Shown here one piece after another: positions 14,411 through 27,402 of a DNA stretch of 64,000 nucleotides (positions are counted from its first letter, which is position 1; the number at the start of each line of letters is the position of its first letter). A program made the position numbers and the translations under genes. This stretch comes from Octopus bimaculoides (taxonomy: Eukaryota). The stretch spans positions 3,778,459 to 3,842,458 of the forward strand of contig NC_069006.1 of assembly GCF_001194135.2 (NCBI RefSeq), written 5' to 3'. The notes beneath the pieces were generated by a model. That model did not search any database and was not told the DNA's origin. It worked only from the letters and a program-made list of their open reading frames with translations.

Positions 14411-16764
14411 TTATCATTTATATTACTACTACTGGCATTGCTTCTAATCTCTTCTAGTTGAAGACTAAATTAAGAACTGTGAGGTTGTATTAATTAAATA
14501 CCATTGTTTAAGATTCGTTGCCAGAAGAAAACCAACTACATGTTGGTGATATGAAAACACATCTGTTTATCAAAGCTCATTAATACAGAGAGAGTTATGT
14601 AGGATCACAACATAAATAATTCCAGATATTTCATATATAATAACCACACAGCTTCACTGCCAACCCTTATATGGAGCTGCTACAGAGGCGATAATTGAAA
14701 GAAAAAAAAGAGAAGAAGAAAATTCACGTTATAGAACACAAGAAAGTGCATGCGTGTGTGCATATACACACATACCAGCACTTATACACACCCATACCAG
14801 CACACACACAAACACAAAGAGTTAGCTAAATCACACTGTAGTCAAAGCATTTGTCTCAAATAGCTTTTTAGAAGAAAATCAATACAGAAATACGAAATAC
14901 TGTCAAGCTGTGCAAAGGAAATCTTGGAAAGATGGAAGATTTGAAATTGCTCAGATGACATAAAGTGTTTGATAAATCAATTTTTAACCTTTTCTTATTC
15001 ATTCTGCAACTGGCTAATTACTTAAAGAGCAGTACAGTTACTTGAAGCACCAGTAGAATATTGATGAAGATTTACACAACACTGGATATTTAGAATATTT
15101 TTCAGTAATAGTTAGCCTGTCTTTCTAAGAAATCTTTCAGAAAGAGCCATAATAATAATAATAATAGTTGTTCGTAGTTTCGACATTAAATATTCACTGT
15201 AAGCTAAAAAAGGAAAAAAAGAGAAAAGCAATTCTTGACTGGTGAAAACTGAGAAAATAATCGATAAAGCACATTATAAATAGGAGCAGTATAGTTCAGT
15301 GATCAGACAGCCAGCACTTCTATGCTGATGGCCAAATAGTATTGAATCAATCCGAACAGTAAAAAATGTGAATTGCTTCATACACAGATATATTTCCATT
15401 TGAAATTGTGAAAAGTATGCTTCATGGTGAATATCTAAAGCTAAGCATTCACTGACAAAAACACATGAAAAAAAAAAAATCTCAAATGTTTAACATTTAA
15501 GAGAGAGAATCTGGGGGTGTGGGGGGTGGAGAATGGGTTTCAGTTGTAAAGGTTAAATTATTATAGAGGCAGGGATGAGAAGAAGAAAATTCTGTAGTGA
15601 AACAGAATGCCAACCACACTGGGAGGCAATATTGCAGGGTATTATAAAGGTCCAAATGGAACAGTTCTACAGACTCATTGGGTAAATAGAATAACTTAAC
15701 TGACCAAACTGATCAGATGTATTCAGGATGACTGGGTAGGTATTTCTAGAGAACACATTATTAATATAATGTACAAAATTGGAATACACTAGCAATGTAA
15801 CCATTGAAAATTGAACCACACATTAACAATATAAAGTACAAAATTAGAATACACTATTGAAATACACTAGCAATATCAGTACAAAATTAAACTTTAGTAA
15901 CAGTAAAAAGTACAATATTGCCATGTAATTACTGGTATTGTGTGATGAAATATTAACAAGACATAATAAATCTAAACTAAAACTATGAAGAAACAATGTT
16001 TTGGTTTTGAATTTTCAGATGATTTCCCCTCCACCCCCAACACCAATAACTGATTGTACGTATTACTTGAGAAAGGTCTATCGTAAAAGAAACAAGTTAT
16101 TATTGCTATAACTCATCAATAACATATATCATGAGAGAGACTTCAATTCCAGTTGAACTCTTTCAAAATGCAGAGAGAGAGAGAGAGAGAGAGGCGGGGA
16201 GAGGGAGGGAGAGAGAGAGGAAACACTGACTTAACTCTTTAAACAACATCAATACAAAACCAAGGAAGCTGTTAACTCATGACTCACTATGATAGCCAAC
16301 TCCCCTCAGTCAGGAGTTCAGATAAATCACAATCAACAAACAAATCATTCTTTCATTTGTCAACAGCTCAGCTCTCAACTCATCCAATTAAGTAAGTTAA
16401 TTGTAGAGGTTTACAATGAAGAGGATATGGTGATGGGGAAGTTTAGAAAGTCAAAACTAATCTCTAAGAATTACTAGAGACTATTAGAGAACAACAAATA
16501 ATAATGTTGTACCGAGGAGAGGGATATTAGTAGTTCAATCTCAGAGAGAAAATTGCCAACAGTTCAGCAAAGAGAAAACAAGCTAACAGTTATGTCACAT
16601 CATTATCATCATCAAGATATAACACAAGCAACTGCTGTATAAACTATATTACTTCAAATATATTGGATTTATGTTACAAAAAGAAAAGCAGTAAACAATA
16701 TATACTCTTGAAGCAGTCATTAGATTGGAATGATTAACATATAGAATGTATAGACAAGCACAAA

Positions 16765-16906
16765 TGTGGCTGTGTGGTTAAGTTTGCTTCCCAACCACAT
16801 AGTTTCAGGTTCAATCTCATTGCATGGCACCTTGGGCAAGCATTTTCTACTATAGTCCCTGAGCCAACCAAAGCCTTGCAACTGGATACGGTAGACATAA
16901 ACCCTA

Positions 16907-16964
<58 letters not shown>

Positions 16965-17240
16965 ATGCTGCATGTGCATATATTTGAATGTGTATGTGTC
17001 CCCTTGTCTTGACTGTGTGAGTGTGATGGTTGTAAATGGTTGACATTGTCACACAAGCAGCATCATTCACTTCCAATATCCTGCAAAAACAAGTCTGGCC
17101 ATGGGGAAATATCGCCTTGTGTGAAAACAGGTGAATGTTGGAAGGACAGGCTGGTTGTTGAAAATCTGCCTCAAGAAAGTCCATCCAATCCATGTAAGCA
17201 TGTAAAGTAGATGTTAAAATCACATCGAAGATGATGAAGT
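16765..17240 (+). mobile_element. SINE with a family-B head but a different, RTE-like 3' tail
   Basis: It has the same head as the 12125 copy and a (TG)n tract, then ...GAAAATCTGCCTCAA...CCATGTAAGCATG...GATGTTAAA...(GAT)n. The same composite occurs at 23070-23452 (+) and 4850-5240 (-). A related tail alone lies at 27575-27740 (-). Confidence 0.65.
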
Positions 17241-20200
17241 TAGTTACAAACAACCTGAACAGCAACCGGTGTTTGTTTGTTTTTGTTTTTTTATTTAAAC
17301 AAACAAGTCTCTTTGAGATGTTTCTCTAAGATAAAACATCACAGTGCCTTTACACTATAAATATTCCACATGTAGCCACATTCATCTCTGATGTAAGATA
17401 ACCTGGTGCAATCAATTATTGTGAACCATGTAACATTCATTGTGGATTGATCTGTGATGACAAGGTTGGAGATCAGTGGAAGAGTCTGCTTGTACAGCAC
17501 AGACACACCCGAGCAAACACTTGCAATGCTCAGCTCCCCTGAATGAAATATCACTTGTGTTTACACACACCATTCTGTAAAACTACATTGTTTTTTTATA
17601 TGGATTTACATACTTGTATCCATCAACAGAAAAAATACGAAGATGATTCATCCTAACAAATGACACAGATTCCCTACAAGAAACAGTAAAGATGATCGAG
17701 AAACTATGTGAGAGAGAAAGCTTTGTTACTGCAGGCTGCAAGTTTGGCATTAATGAATGACACAGATGACTACAATTCTCTACTGGAAACGGTAGAGAGG
17801 ATCGAGAAAATATGTGACAGTGGAATCTTCGATGCTGTGAGACTACAGTTGGTGTCACTGAATCTACCATTTGTTTCCTTTACAAAGTACACAGAGATGA
17901 TTCGTTTATCACTGGATTATTTGGTGGTTGTCCCCCCACCCCCACCCCCCCCCCCGGTGATAAATTAGGGCGGATGTATACAGTAATATTTATATTGCCT
18001 TAACTGCAATATTAATAAAGGCAGTTCTGTAATTAATGTTGGTTGAATATCGAACTTCCAACCAACCAAACCTCACCAAGTAAATAATATCCTCTATCAA
18101 TGTTTACTTTGCCATTATCAACATCATTGCAACTGTCACCACCCATCATTGTTTAGCTCAATTCTCTCTCATACTGGTATGGATTAGACAAACCTGCTTA
18201 CTTTCCTTTTCCCATTAGCTCAAATGTTATATATACATACACACATGTGTGTATGTATTATTAGCAAAGTAAGCTAGATTAATTTGATTACATAACAGGT
18301 GTGATAATTGACTATCTAACTAGACTACGCAGCTTTCTTCCTAATGTTTAAGATGTTATATAATTTTGTAGACTAGGCTAACATTGTCAGCCTTTAGCTA
18401 GCAGCACTTGTCTGGCCAGATCCAGTAGCAAAAACAGGAAAGTAAAACCTGAACTGAAGATAAAAACTATCAAAGACCAGTCAAGTAAATGAAAACCAAC
18501 AGCACACTGTAACAAGAGAAAGCATTTGCGTCTGTCCATGATGAAGATCAAGATAACGATGCTGATGATGCTGATGACAGTGATGATGATGAACTCACAT
18601 ATAGCAGTGTATGGCATGTACAGAGACATAACAACATCAAGATAGCAACTACCTACTTCTCTGATTATTCTACACTTATGTAATCTGTAAAGAAAGAATG
18701 GTATATTCCAGCTGCTTTGGCAGCATTTTCATTCCAACTGTTGTAAAAATAGTGCTGATTGCATATTTTCACATCCACCAAACATGGGTGGGGCTAAAAA
18801 CTCATAAACTAAATGGTATTCCTTCAAACAGCACCTAAATACAATTATAAATGAATGCACAATTCTGCAATTTGGAACAAACTCTCCTAGATCTGTTTCC
18901 ATATGACACAGCAAGCAGTTTTATCTCACCAAATTGTTCAACAATCCCACCACCACCACGACACATACCTCCTCCCCTCCTCTCTCTCTCTCCAGACATG
19001 ACACATTTTAAGGTCACTCAGCAGTCAACAGATATGTTGCCAAACTTGTCAACATGACAAAACAGAATCTACTTCATAAAATATTCATTTCACAAAAAAG
19101 TAATATGCTTCACAAATATTTTAAAATAGAAATAGAGAAAAGCGTTAAAAAAACTAATAATCTAAAAAACTGAGCAAAACATTTTATCTTTCACTTGTTT
19201 CAGTTGCTGAACTGAAAGCCATGCTGGAGCACCGTCTTGAAGGGTTTGATAAATAAATCGACCACAGTGCTTGTCTTTTATATCTGGTACTTATTCTATC
19301 GATCGTTAGTGTCAAATTATTAAATTACAGGGGTGTAAACAAACCAACACTGGTTGCCAGGCAGAGAGGACAAACATACATACAACACACACACATGATG
19401 GGCTTCTTCAGTTTCTGCCTACCAAATTCCTCCACAAGGCCTTGGTCAGCCTGGGGCTATAGAAGACACTTGCCTCAAGTGCAACACAATGGGACAGAAT
19501 CCAAAATCACGTGGTTGCAAAGTGAACTTCTAAATTACACAGCCTTACATAAAAATCTTACAAATTTTTTAAACTTACAAATTTGATTAAAATTTTGAAT
19601 GAAATCATGATATAAGACTTTGTTTCATGATTGGAGAAGAACAATGGCTAATTGTTACTACGACTAATATACAAGCATTTCTTATTTGACAAAATAATTC
19701 TCTGAAGTTAAAACTAAATGGATTTTAGAGTTATTCAATGAATGTATGATTTTACCAACAAGATATTGTTTACCAATAAATAAATCTTCCAGCTGAACAT
19801 TTCACTTATTATGTTATTAAACTTGTATTCACAGTTGTTGTTGTCCTTTATCTGATCCACATTCAAACATTGAAACACTAAAACTTTTATTTCACACTTT
19901 CATGAAATTTCTCAGGATCAAAAGAGGCTTAAAGGATTAGGTCTTTAGTTCTTCAGTGAATATTCTATAAATTCTTGAAAGTGATTCCAAGACTTCCCTC
20001 AACTTCATTATCACCATTGTCCTCATTTAATACAATTTGAATTTTCAATAAATCTGTGGTAACAATAGACATACAATTTTAAAACAGTCGATAACAGAAG
20101 GATGACCCTTTTTTTTTTTTTTTAATTTTCATTACTGTTCACAAAACTATTTACAGTACCTTTCTTTCAATTAATTTTGAAAATAATGAAGAATTTAGAG

Positions 20201-21274
20201 ACATGATTTTGTGTTTGTAACAAATTAACAGGAAACTTTGATGAAAGGTTTAAATTCAGATTATTTTCAAACAGGAAGTTTGAGTAATAGAGATTAAGGA
20301 TTGTTTCAGGTGGGTTGGTAGCAGAAGGATTAGCAATATTCACTCCTATTTATTTACTCCCAACACCACAAAGTCAATATTAGCTGGATTTGAACTGAAA
20401 CTATAGGCGTGCCCAAAAACCCATTGTTGCTTAATTAAAGAACATAAACAAAATTTTTTTTAAATCATAAAATGGAGAACTGAAAGAAATTCCAGACATC
20501 CAAATTAAACAATTTTCCCCAATCTGTATTTAATGGTGTGTGTGTGTGTGCAGATAATCCTAAAAATACACTATCACCACACCTAGAAAGTGAGAAAAAA
20601 CTGTACGAACTTAGCAACATTTAAGACGAAGGGCTGTTGTAAGAATTATTTAGTGTTTCAATGAAAAATATTTCAAAGTTTTAAGAGAATAATTAAGACT
20701 GGTGGTGGTGGTGGTAGTGGTAGTAGCACCACCACCACCACCAACAACAACAACACAACTATTACAACTACATGCTTCCCCAACCCCTTTACATTCATAT
20801 CTAATTAATCATCACTGCTCTTGGCATTAGTTAAGGCCTAGCTGAAGCAGAACATAGACAAGAGAGCAACAAAGAAGGCATACAAACTAGACACTCACAC
20901 AGACATGTCTTCTCTTGCCAATTAAACAAGCAGTAACAAGTCATAGTGAGATAAAGGCCCTTCTATCTTAACATGGTAGATATATACAGCAGAAAGAATT
21001 TCTTTAACGATCTTACAAGCACACACACATCAAATAAACTTAACTTCAGTGGAAAAATACTGAATGTAAAGCAAGAATACTTATCAGAAATTCAAAAAAG
21101 AACATGCTCAACATAGTACAGTTTACTTTATTGACAGATTAAAATGGTCTTTTTAGATGTTAGATCTGTAAAAAAAAAAAGTGACAGTGCCACAGCCCTT
21201 AAGAGTCTTCCAGGAGCTGTGAGGATAACAATGGTACAGAGATTTGTAATTTAGAGTCACCAGACATATATTTT

Positions 21275-21637
21275 TAACCCTTTTGATACCAACCTGCCCA
21301 ACGTTTTCAAAGTAATCTAATCTAAAAACTTTCCATTAAAATATGTTCATCTATGTTCCAAACGCCAGCTTAATAATGACAAAGTTGTTTTACTAAATCC
21401 ATTATTTTCAAAAATTAATTGAAATAAAAAAGTAGTGTATTCAACAAAAATATGCTAATAAAAGGGTGAAAGTGGACTAAATTAAAACCATCCATCAAAA
21501 TATCTTAATTTATGTTCCAAACACCAGCTTAATAATGACAAATTTGCTTTAATAAATTCTTCATTTTCTAAATGAATTGAAAAAAAAAAAAATCAACAGC
21601 AATATATTTTGGCAGAAATATGGTAAGTAAAGGATTA
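21275..21637 (+). mobile_element. Second TTAA-CCCTTT MITE family (piggyBac-like); this copy has an internal duplication
   Basis: It starts TTAACCCTTTTGATACCAACC and ends AAAAGGGTGAA or AAAGGATTAA. Related copies or fragments lie at about 213-350 (-), 11150-11280, 20102-20340 (-), 23480-23640, 27990-28140 and 33221-33330. Confidence 0.6.
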
Positions 21638-22274
21638 AAAAGACAAGTAGCATGGAAAAGCAGGAAAGAGGCCTCAGACTGCAACTTGGTCTTCATAGTT
21701 GATGTTGCTAGGCTTCATTCTTCACATAACTTATTTTTTGGTAAAGGCTTGGGTGTCAAAACTCTCCCTTCCACATCAACAACTATCTTTTATAATAAAA
21801 TGTTATCACACCAGCACGGATGGCTGTATGGTTAAGAAGTTCACTTCAACTACCATGTGCTTTCAGTTCAGTTTCACTGTTCAGCAGCACCATCTGTGAC
21901 TGTGAGCCCTTCTACTATATAGCCCCAGATCAACTGATTGAATGTGACTTAATTCGATAGACCAGAAACTGTACAAAGCTTGTTGCATGCACCTATACTG
22001 GTAAGAGTTTGAACTCTTAACGTCAAAAGAACTGCAATCATAAAAGCCAGCACTTTTACTGCCTCTACCGAATGGCAAACGGTTATAACATTCCTGTATA
22101 ACATTCCATACCCACATAACAGAACAATTGCCAACAACACAGAACAGTTAGTTGTGCAGTTGTTAGCAGAATCAATAGTTTTACTACATATAGACTCAGA
22201 GGAGGCTTTTGTTGTTTATATTAAAACTTCACTGCAAGATTCAGCAAAAATTTCAAAGCTACAAATATTAAATT

Positions 22275-22316
<42 letters not shown>

Positions 22317-22751
22317 TTCCCAATAGACACAAGAGAAAACAACATGAGCAAATAAACTACTTTCAATGCAGCTGTCGATCACCTTTGGCCAAACTGTACA
22401 GAAACATTGGCAACGCTGAATAACAAAATCAGTTGAACAAAAATAATCAAATCTCTAGAGATGCGAAATCTTTACATATATTTCAGGGTTATCTACAAAA
22501 TAAACAACTCTGGTTCACAAAACACAGCCATTCTGACCACTATTTCGCTATTCCTGTTATCAGAACATATTTCGCTGTTCCATACAAGTTAGATAAATGC
22601 TTCAAGTCTAATTTAGAATTCACCATTACACTAACAGCAGCAGTCTCAGTTCTTCTCTTTAGCATTCTCACAATCCTTTTTAGATTTTATTTCTCGTTTT
22701 TGGATTTGGTTTGCAAGATTCTGTATGTGAGTTCGTGTGTTGAAGCATATT

Positions 22752-23005
22752 CTGTTGTGTCTGGGGAGAGTCATTCTATTTTTGTGCCTTTAAATACACA
22801 CACCTGTAAAATTTCCACTTATTTTTATTTTTCTAATATTTTCATTGCATCTTGCAACTTTTTCAATAGTCAAGACTATTGAAAAGGTTGCAAGACGCAA
22901 CGAAAATTTTAGGAAAATTATAATAAGAAATAAGTGGAAATTTTACCGGTGAGTGTGTTAAATTATAAGGCACCAAAAGAAAATGACTCTCCCCAGACAC
23001 AACAG
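22752..23005. mobile_element. Fold-back (palindromic) MITE, 254 bp
   Basis: The arms 22752-22871 and 22874-23005 are imperfect reverse complements around a 2-nt spacer. The outer 24 nt (CTGTTGTGTCTGGGGAGAGTCATT) are perfectly inverted. Confidence 0.8.
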
Positions 23006-26000
23006 TATAGATTTTATTAAATTCTAGATCTACTGTAAACAAAGAAAAATAAAATATTGGCTTTGTTTAAGAGGTTAGCTTCTCAACCACAGTTTCAGGT
23101 TCAATTCTGCTGTGTGGTATTTTGAGCAAGCATCTTCCACTATAGCTCTGGACAAACCAAAGCCTTGCAAGTTGATTTGGTAAACGGAAAGAAGCCTCTC
23201 GTGTGCATTTATACACATACACACACGCACACACACGCAATAGTTGTAAAACAAATGTTACCGTCTTACAAGGTGTCATTCATTTCCAATCTTCTATGAA
23301 AACATCTGACAGTAGGGATGTTAGGAAATATTACTTTGCTTGGAAACAGGTGAGGGTGGGCAACAGGAAGGGTATCCAGTCGTAGAAAATTTGCCTCAAC
23401 AAATTTCATCAGACTCATGCAAACATGGAAATACGGATATGATAAAGATTATGAACCAATGAGTATACAAACTTACTCCACACTAAATTAAAATCACCCA
23501 TCAAAATTATGTGTTATTTAGATTTCAAACTGTCTTAATTAATGACAAAGTTATTTTACTAAATCCTTCCTTATTCTCAAAATTAATTTGAAACAAAGAA
23601 CATGTGTTTCAACAGAAATATGCTAACAAAAAAGGGTTAACCACTGTGTCTTCAGGTTTGATAGTACAAAGTTCCAAACAATTCTTTCCAGAACTTCACT
23701 GCATTACAGCTAATCCTTAATGTGAAAACCACAAAGCTATCATTTTGTTGACATACAAATCAGCAAGCAGAAAGCTCTTCTAAAAACATGATATTCCAAG
23801 TGTAATAATGGTCAGCTCTACACTTGATGATGTCCCTCTGCTGAGGGTTCTAAAATGCTTCAAGTAGATCTGACTAAAGTGTCGTTTATTAGAGATGAAT
23901 CATGTGTGTATAGATGTAGATTGTGCGTGTTGTGTGAGTGCATGCCCAAGATGTTACATACACATGAATCATTACAATATAGACATTAAAGGAGGAGGAA
24001 AAGTGCACTTAAGGTAGGCGAAGAGAGAGAAAGGGGTCAGTGCCATTATAATAGGATATAGAGTTCAAAAGGAGTTCAGTCTTGAAAACTAGAAGAAAAT
24101 TCAAATACATATCTTAGAAAAGACGATCAAAACAGCCATGTTTGCTGGAAGGATAACAATTGGTGAGGTTTAACTTTAAGATAAGCAGACACTTGCAAGC
24201 AAGAAATAGATGTCAAATCCCTATCAAATCAACCCTACCATTTAAAAGGACATTGAATGTCATTCTAGATGCCCTGAATAAAGAAAAATAAAAACAAAAA
24301 AAAAAAAATAAAAACAGGAAGATCAAGGCTGGAACATCTTTGATCAGAACTGCCATCAATGAACAGAAATTGATATATCAGATATGAATTGTTTCTTCAC
24401 AAAAGTAATTAATGGTGGTTAAAGAACAAATTACTGTAATTTGTGTATATATTTATGTCAATTCCCATTGAGCAGTAGCTCATGCCACTATTATATGCTA
24501 TAGCCCCAGGCTGACCAAAGCTTTGTGAGTGGATTAGTTTTTGTGAAAACTGAAAAAGAAGCCTATCGTGTGTGTGTCCTTGTTTTGACATTATGCACAT
24601 ACCGTAAACAAACACCACCACTGTACAAAATGTCCATTCGCAATCTTGTGCCAGAAACTTGTCTAGCCATTGTGCTGCCCATGCTCAAAGGATTCAATAG
24701 ACACACTCGCATGTTAAGAAACAACAGGCAAAGGATAGTGACAAGAAGTGCATCCAGCTATAAAGAAAACTCTACCTCAGAAAATTTGGTCAATTTATGT
24801 TCGAAACCAGAGCTTAATAATGGTAAAGTGTATAGAAAAACAGATGTTAAAGAGCAAGACGCCATTTCCTTATTTCACAGATATGGCAAACCAAAACAGT
24901 TTCACATAATTTATTATTTTGTCATCATTACTTTCCATCAAAAATACAACCAAGCAGTTCTTCTCCAACAGTTATCTAATAAAATCAAAACTGTTATCCG
25001 CATCGATCTAGCAGAAATGTTAGCATGTTGGACAAAATGCCTAACAGCATTTCTTTTGGCTCTTTACGTTCTAAGTTCAGGTTCTGCTGAGGTAGACATA
25101 GCCTTTCATACTTTCAGCTTGGATAAAATAATGTATCAGTTGAGCACTGAGGAATTCATTTTCTCCTTCCCCTGAACTTCAGACTTTCTGCCTTTAGTAG
25201 GAAGAAATATTTCAGAACATCTTGTATAACTCACATGCAATTCTGATAAACCAATAGAAACAGCAAGATGTAAAATTTCCCAAACTCTCTATCTACTCCT
25301 GTTCATAGTAATAAGTCAACATACCAAATATAAGGAGAGTCTCAAAATCTCATCCCAGAATTATTAAGAAAGTTTGTTTCAAAAGTAACTGACCTACTTA
25401 GGCAGACCAGTCCTTAATTCTTACAAACAATTAAAACTGAGGAAATAATATTGACAAAAGGATGAAATATAATTGGCTTCAAGGAGTGCCTGACTTAACA
25501 AAACAGATTGGTTCTTTAAGTGCGTGTGTGTAATACACACATTTCTTGACTATTAAATCAACAACCTATATATATCTCAAATGCATACACACACGTATTT
25601 AAGAGCACATGTACTCATCATATACTTTGAAGGAATGATGCAGGATTGCAAATTATGTGAAAACCATATATACAATATTTTTTTAGTTTTTAAGATCAGA
25701 AAATAAGCTAACACAAAACAGAAAAGCAAAACTTTGAATCCAATTTTGTTATTAGGTTATTCTAGTAATGGGGTGATTTGAGAGGATCATGGCTTTGTAA
25801 ATCTAAAGCCAGTTCTAAAGCCCCACCAGAGAACAAACCTTAAATTAACAGAATGGTTGGATCCCCATGTGTGAAATTACAAAGAATTCATCATGCATGT
25901 ATGCATAAATGTATATAGTTATTGTTGAATGCCCATTTGCCATGCTGGCATGGGTTGGATGAACCAGAGGACTACACTGATGTATGTACTCATGCGTGTG

Positions 26001-26036
26001 TATATGCAAGTAGCTGTGTGTGTGTGTGTGTGTGTG

Positions 26037-26093
<57 letters not shown>

Positions 26094-26172
26094 GTGTGAG
26101 TGTGTATGTATGTACATACATACACACACGTATATGTATGAGTGAGTGGGTGTGTACCCATAATTAAATGAA

Positions 26173-26217
<45 letters not shown>

Positions 26218-27348
26218 CTACTGGTATTACAAGAAATTGATTGAAAAGTGTGGCAAATTCCGAGTTATATGAAGTTATATTTGAATAGAACCAGACCAAA
26301 CAACATAAAAATACTTTCACAGGCAGAGGAAATAATTCACAAAACAAATAAGAAGCTAAACATTTACGCTGTAAAAATGAACTAAAAAATGACAAAAATT
26401 TAATTAGAGTAAGCAACATTTGACTCCACTCCCTTGAAATGTTGAATTGGACTGACTGAAAACATTCACATGGTCTGTCTCTCCCTCTCTCTGTCTGACA
26501 CACACACATTATGACTACAATTATAACCACTCAAACTAGAAGGTTCCGATATCTATGTGAAATAATAAACTCAACAGTCAGTTGTAAGAGGTTTAGTCAA
26601 ATAGTTGAATAAGCACAACGGTTAAGAACAAAACTCAGCTATCAAACAGTAAAAATCTTTGCCTGTATTAACTTTGTTTTTTTCTTTTCTTTGGTTGTTA
26701 CTTGCTTCAGTGATTGGACTGCAGCCATGCTGGGGCACTACCTTAAAGGGTTTTAGTCAAACAAATCAACCCCAGTACTTTTTATTCAAGTCTACTTACT
26801 TATTCTATTGGTTTCTTTTGCTGAACAGCTAAACCACAGGGAAGTAAGCAAACCAACATCTGTTGTTGAGTAGTGTGGGTGGGAACAAACACAAAGACAC
26901 CCACATACATGATGAGCTTCCACAGAGATTCCAGCAGGGACAATAGAAGGCACTGGGCCAAGGTGCCGTACAGTGGGAGTGAACCCAAAACAATGTAGTG
27001 GTAAGGCAACCTCCTTAACCACACCCATGTTTACACCTATGTGATTTGAAAAAAAAAATAAACGAATAGAAGTGATATTGGACAGAGAATTCATAAAATG
27101 TCCAATTCCCTCTCTATAATCAACATTATTCACCTGTCATCTGAGAGGCAGAAAAACCTTGAAAATATCGAAAAATATCTGTACTTACCCTCAGATTCAA
27201 ACAATGAGATTTGTATTTCAAGAAGATTGTAGTTATATTTACAATTACAAACTAACACTAGAGAGAGGGGGGGGGAGAGAGGAGCAGAATAGAAGGTAAA
27301 CATCAGGCAAACACAGTTCTGAGGACAGCGGAGCCTGCCTAAACTGTT

Positions 27349-27402
27349 AAAATGCTTCTCCTCCCAAGGCCATACAAAATGCTTCTCCTCCCAAGGCCAT
27401 AC
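27349..27402. repeat. Perfect 27-bp tandem duplication
   Basis: AAAATGCTTCTCCTCCCAAGGCCATAC occurs twice. Confidence 0.95.

Noticed and set aside
17453-17545. TGATGA...CTGA C/D-box-like spacing
   Set aside because: It is antisense to the host intron, has no convincing terminal stem and shows no recognisable rRNA complementarity.
20700-20742. (GGT)5...(ACC)5 mini-hairpin
   Set aside because: It is a juxtaposition of complementary microsatellites, too short and low-complexity to imply function.
22433-22882. 149-aa plus-strand ORF
   Set aside because: It has a non-ATG start, low-information AT-rich codons, and runs into the left arm of the fold-back MITE.
24525-25175. 216-aa plus-strand ORF
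   Set aside because: It begins in a family-B SINE, ends in a family-A SINE, uses a non-ATG start and has no recognisable motif.
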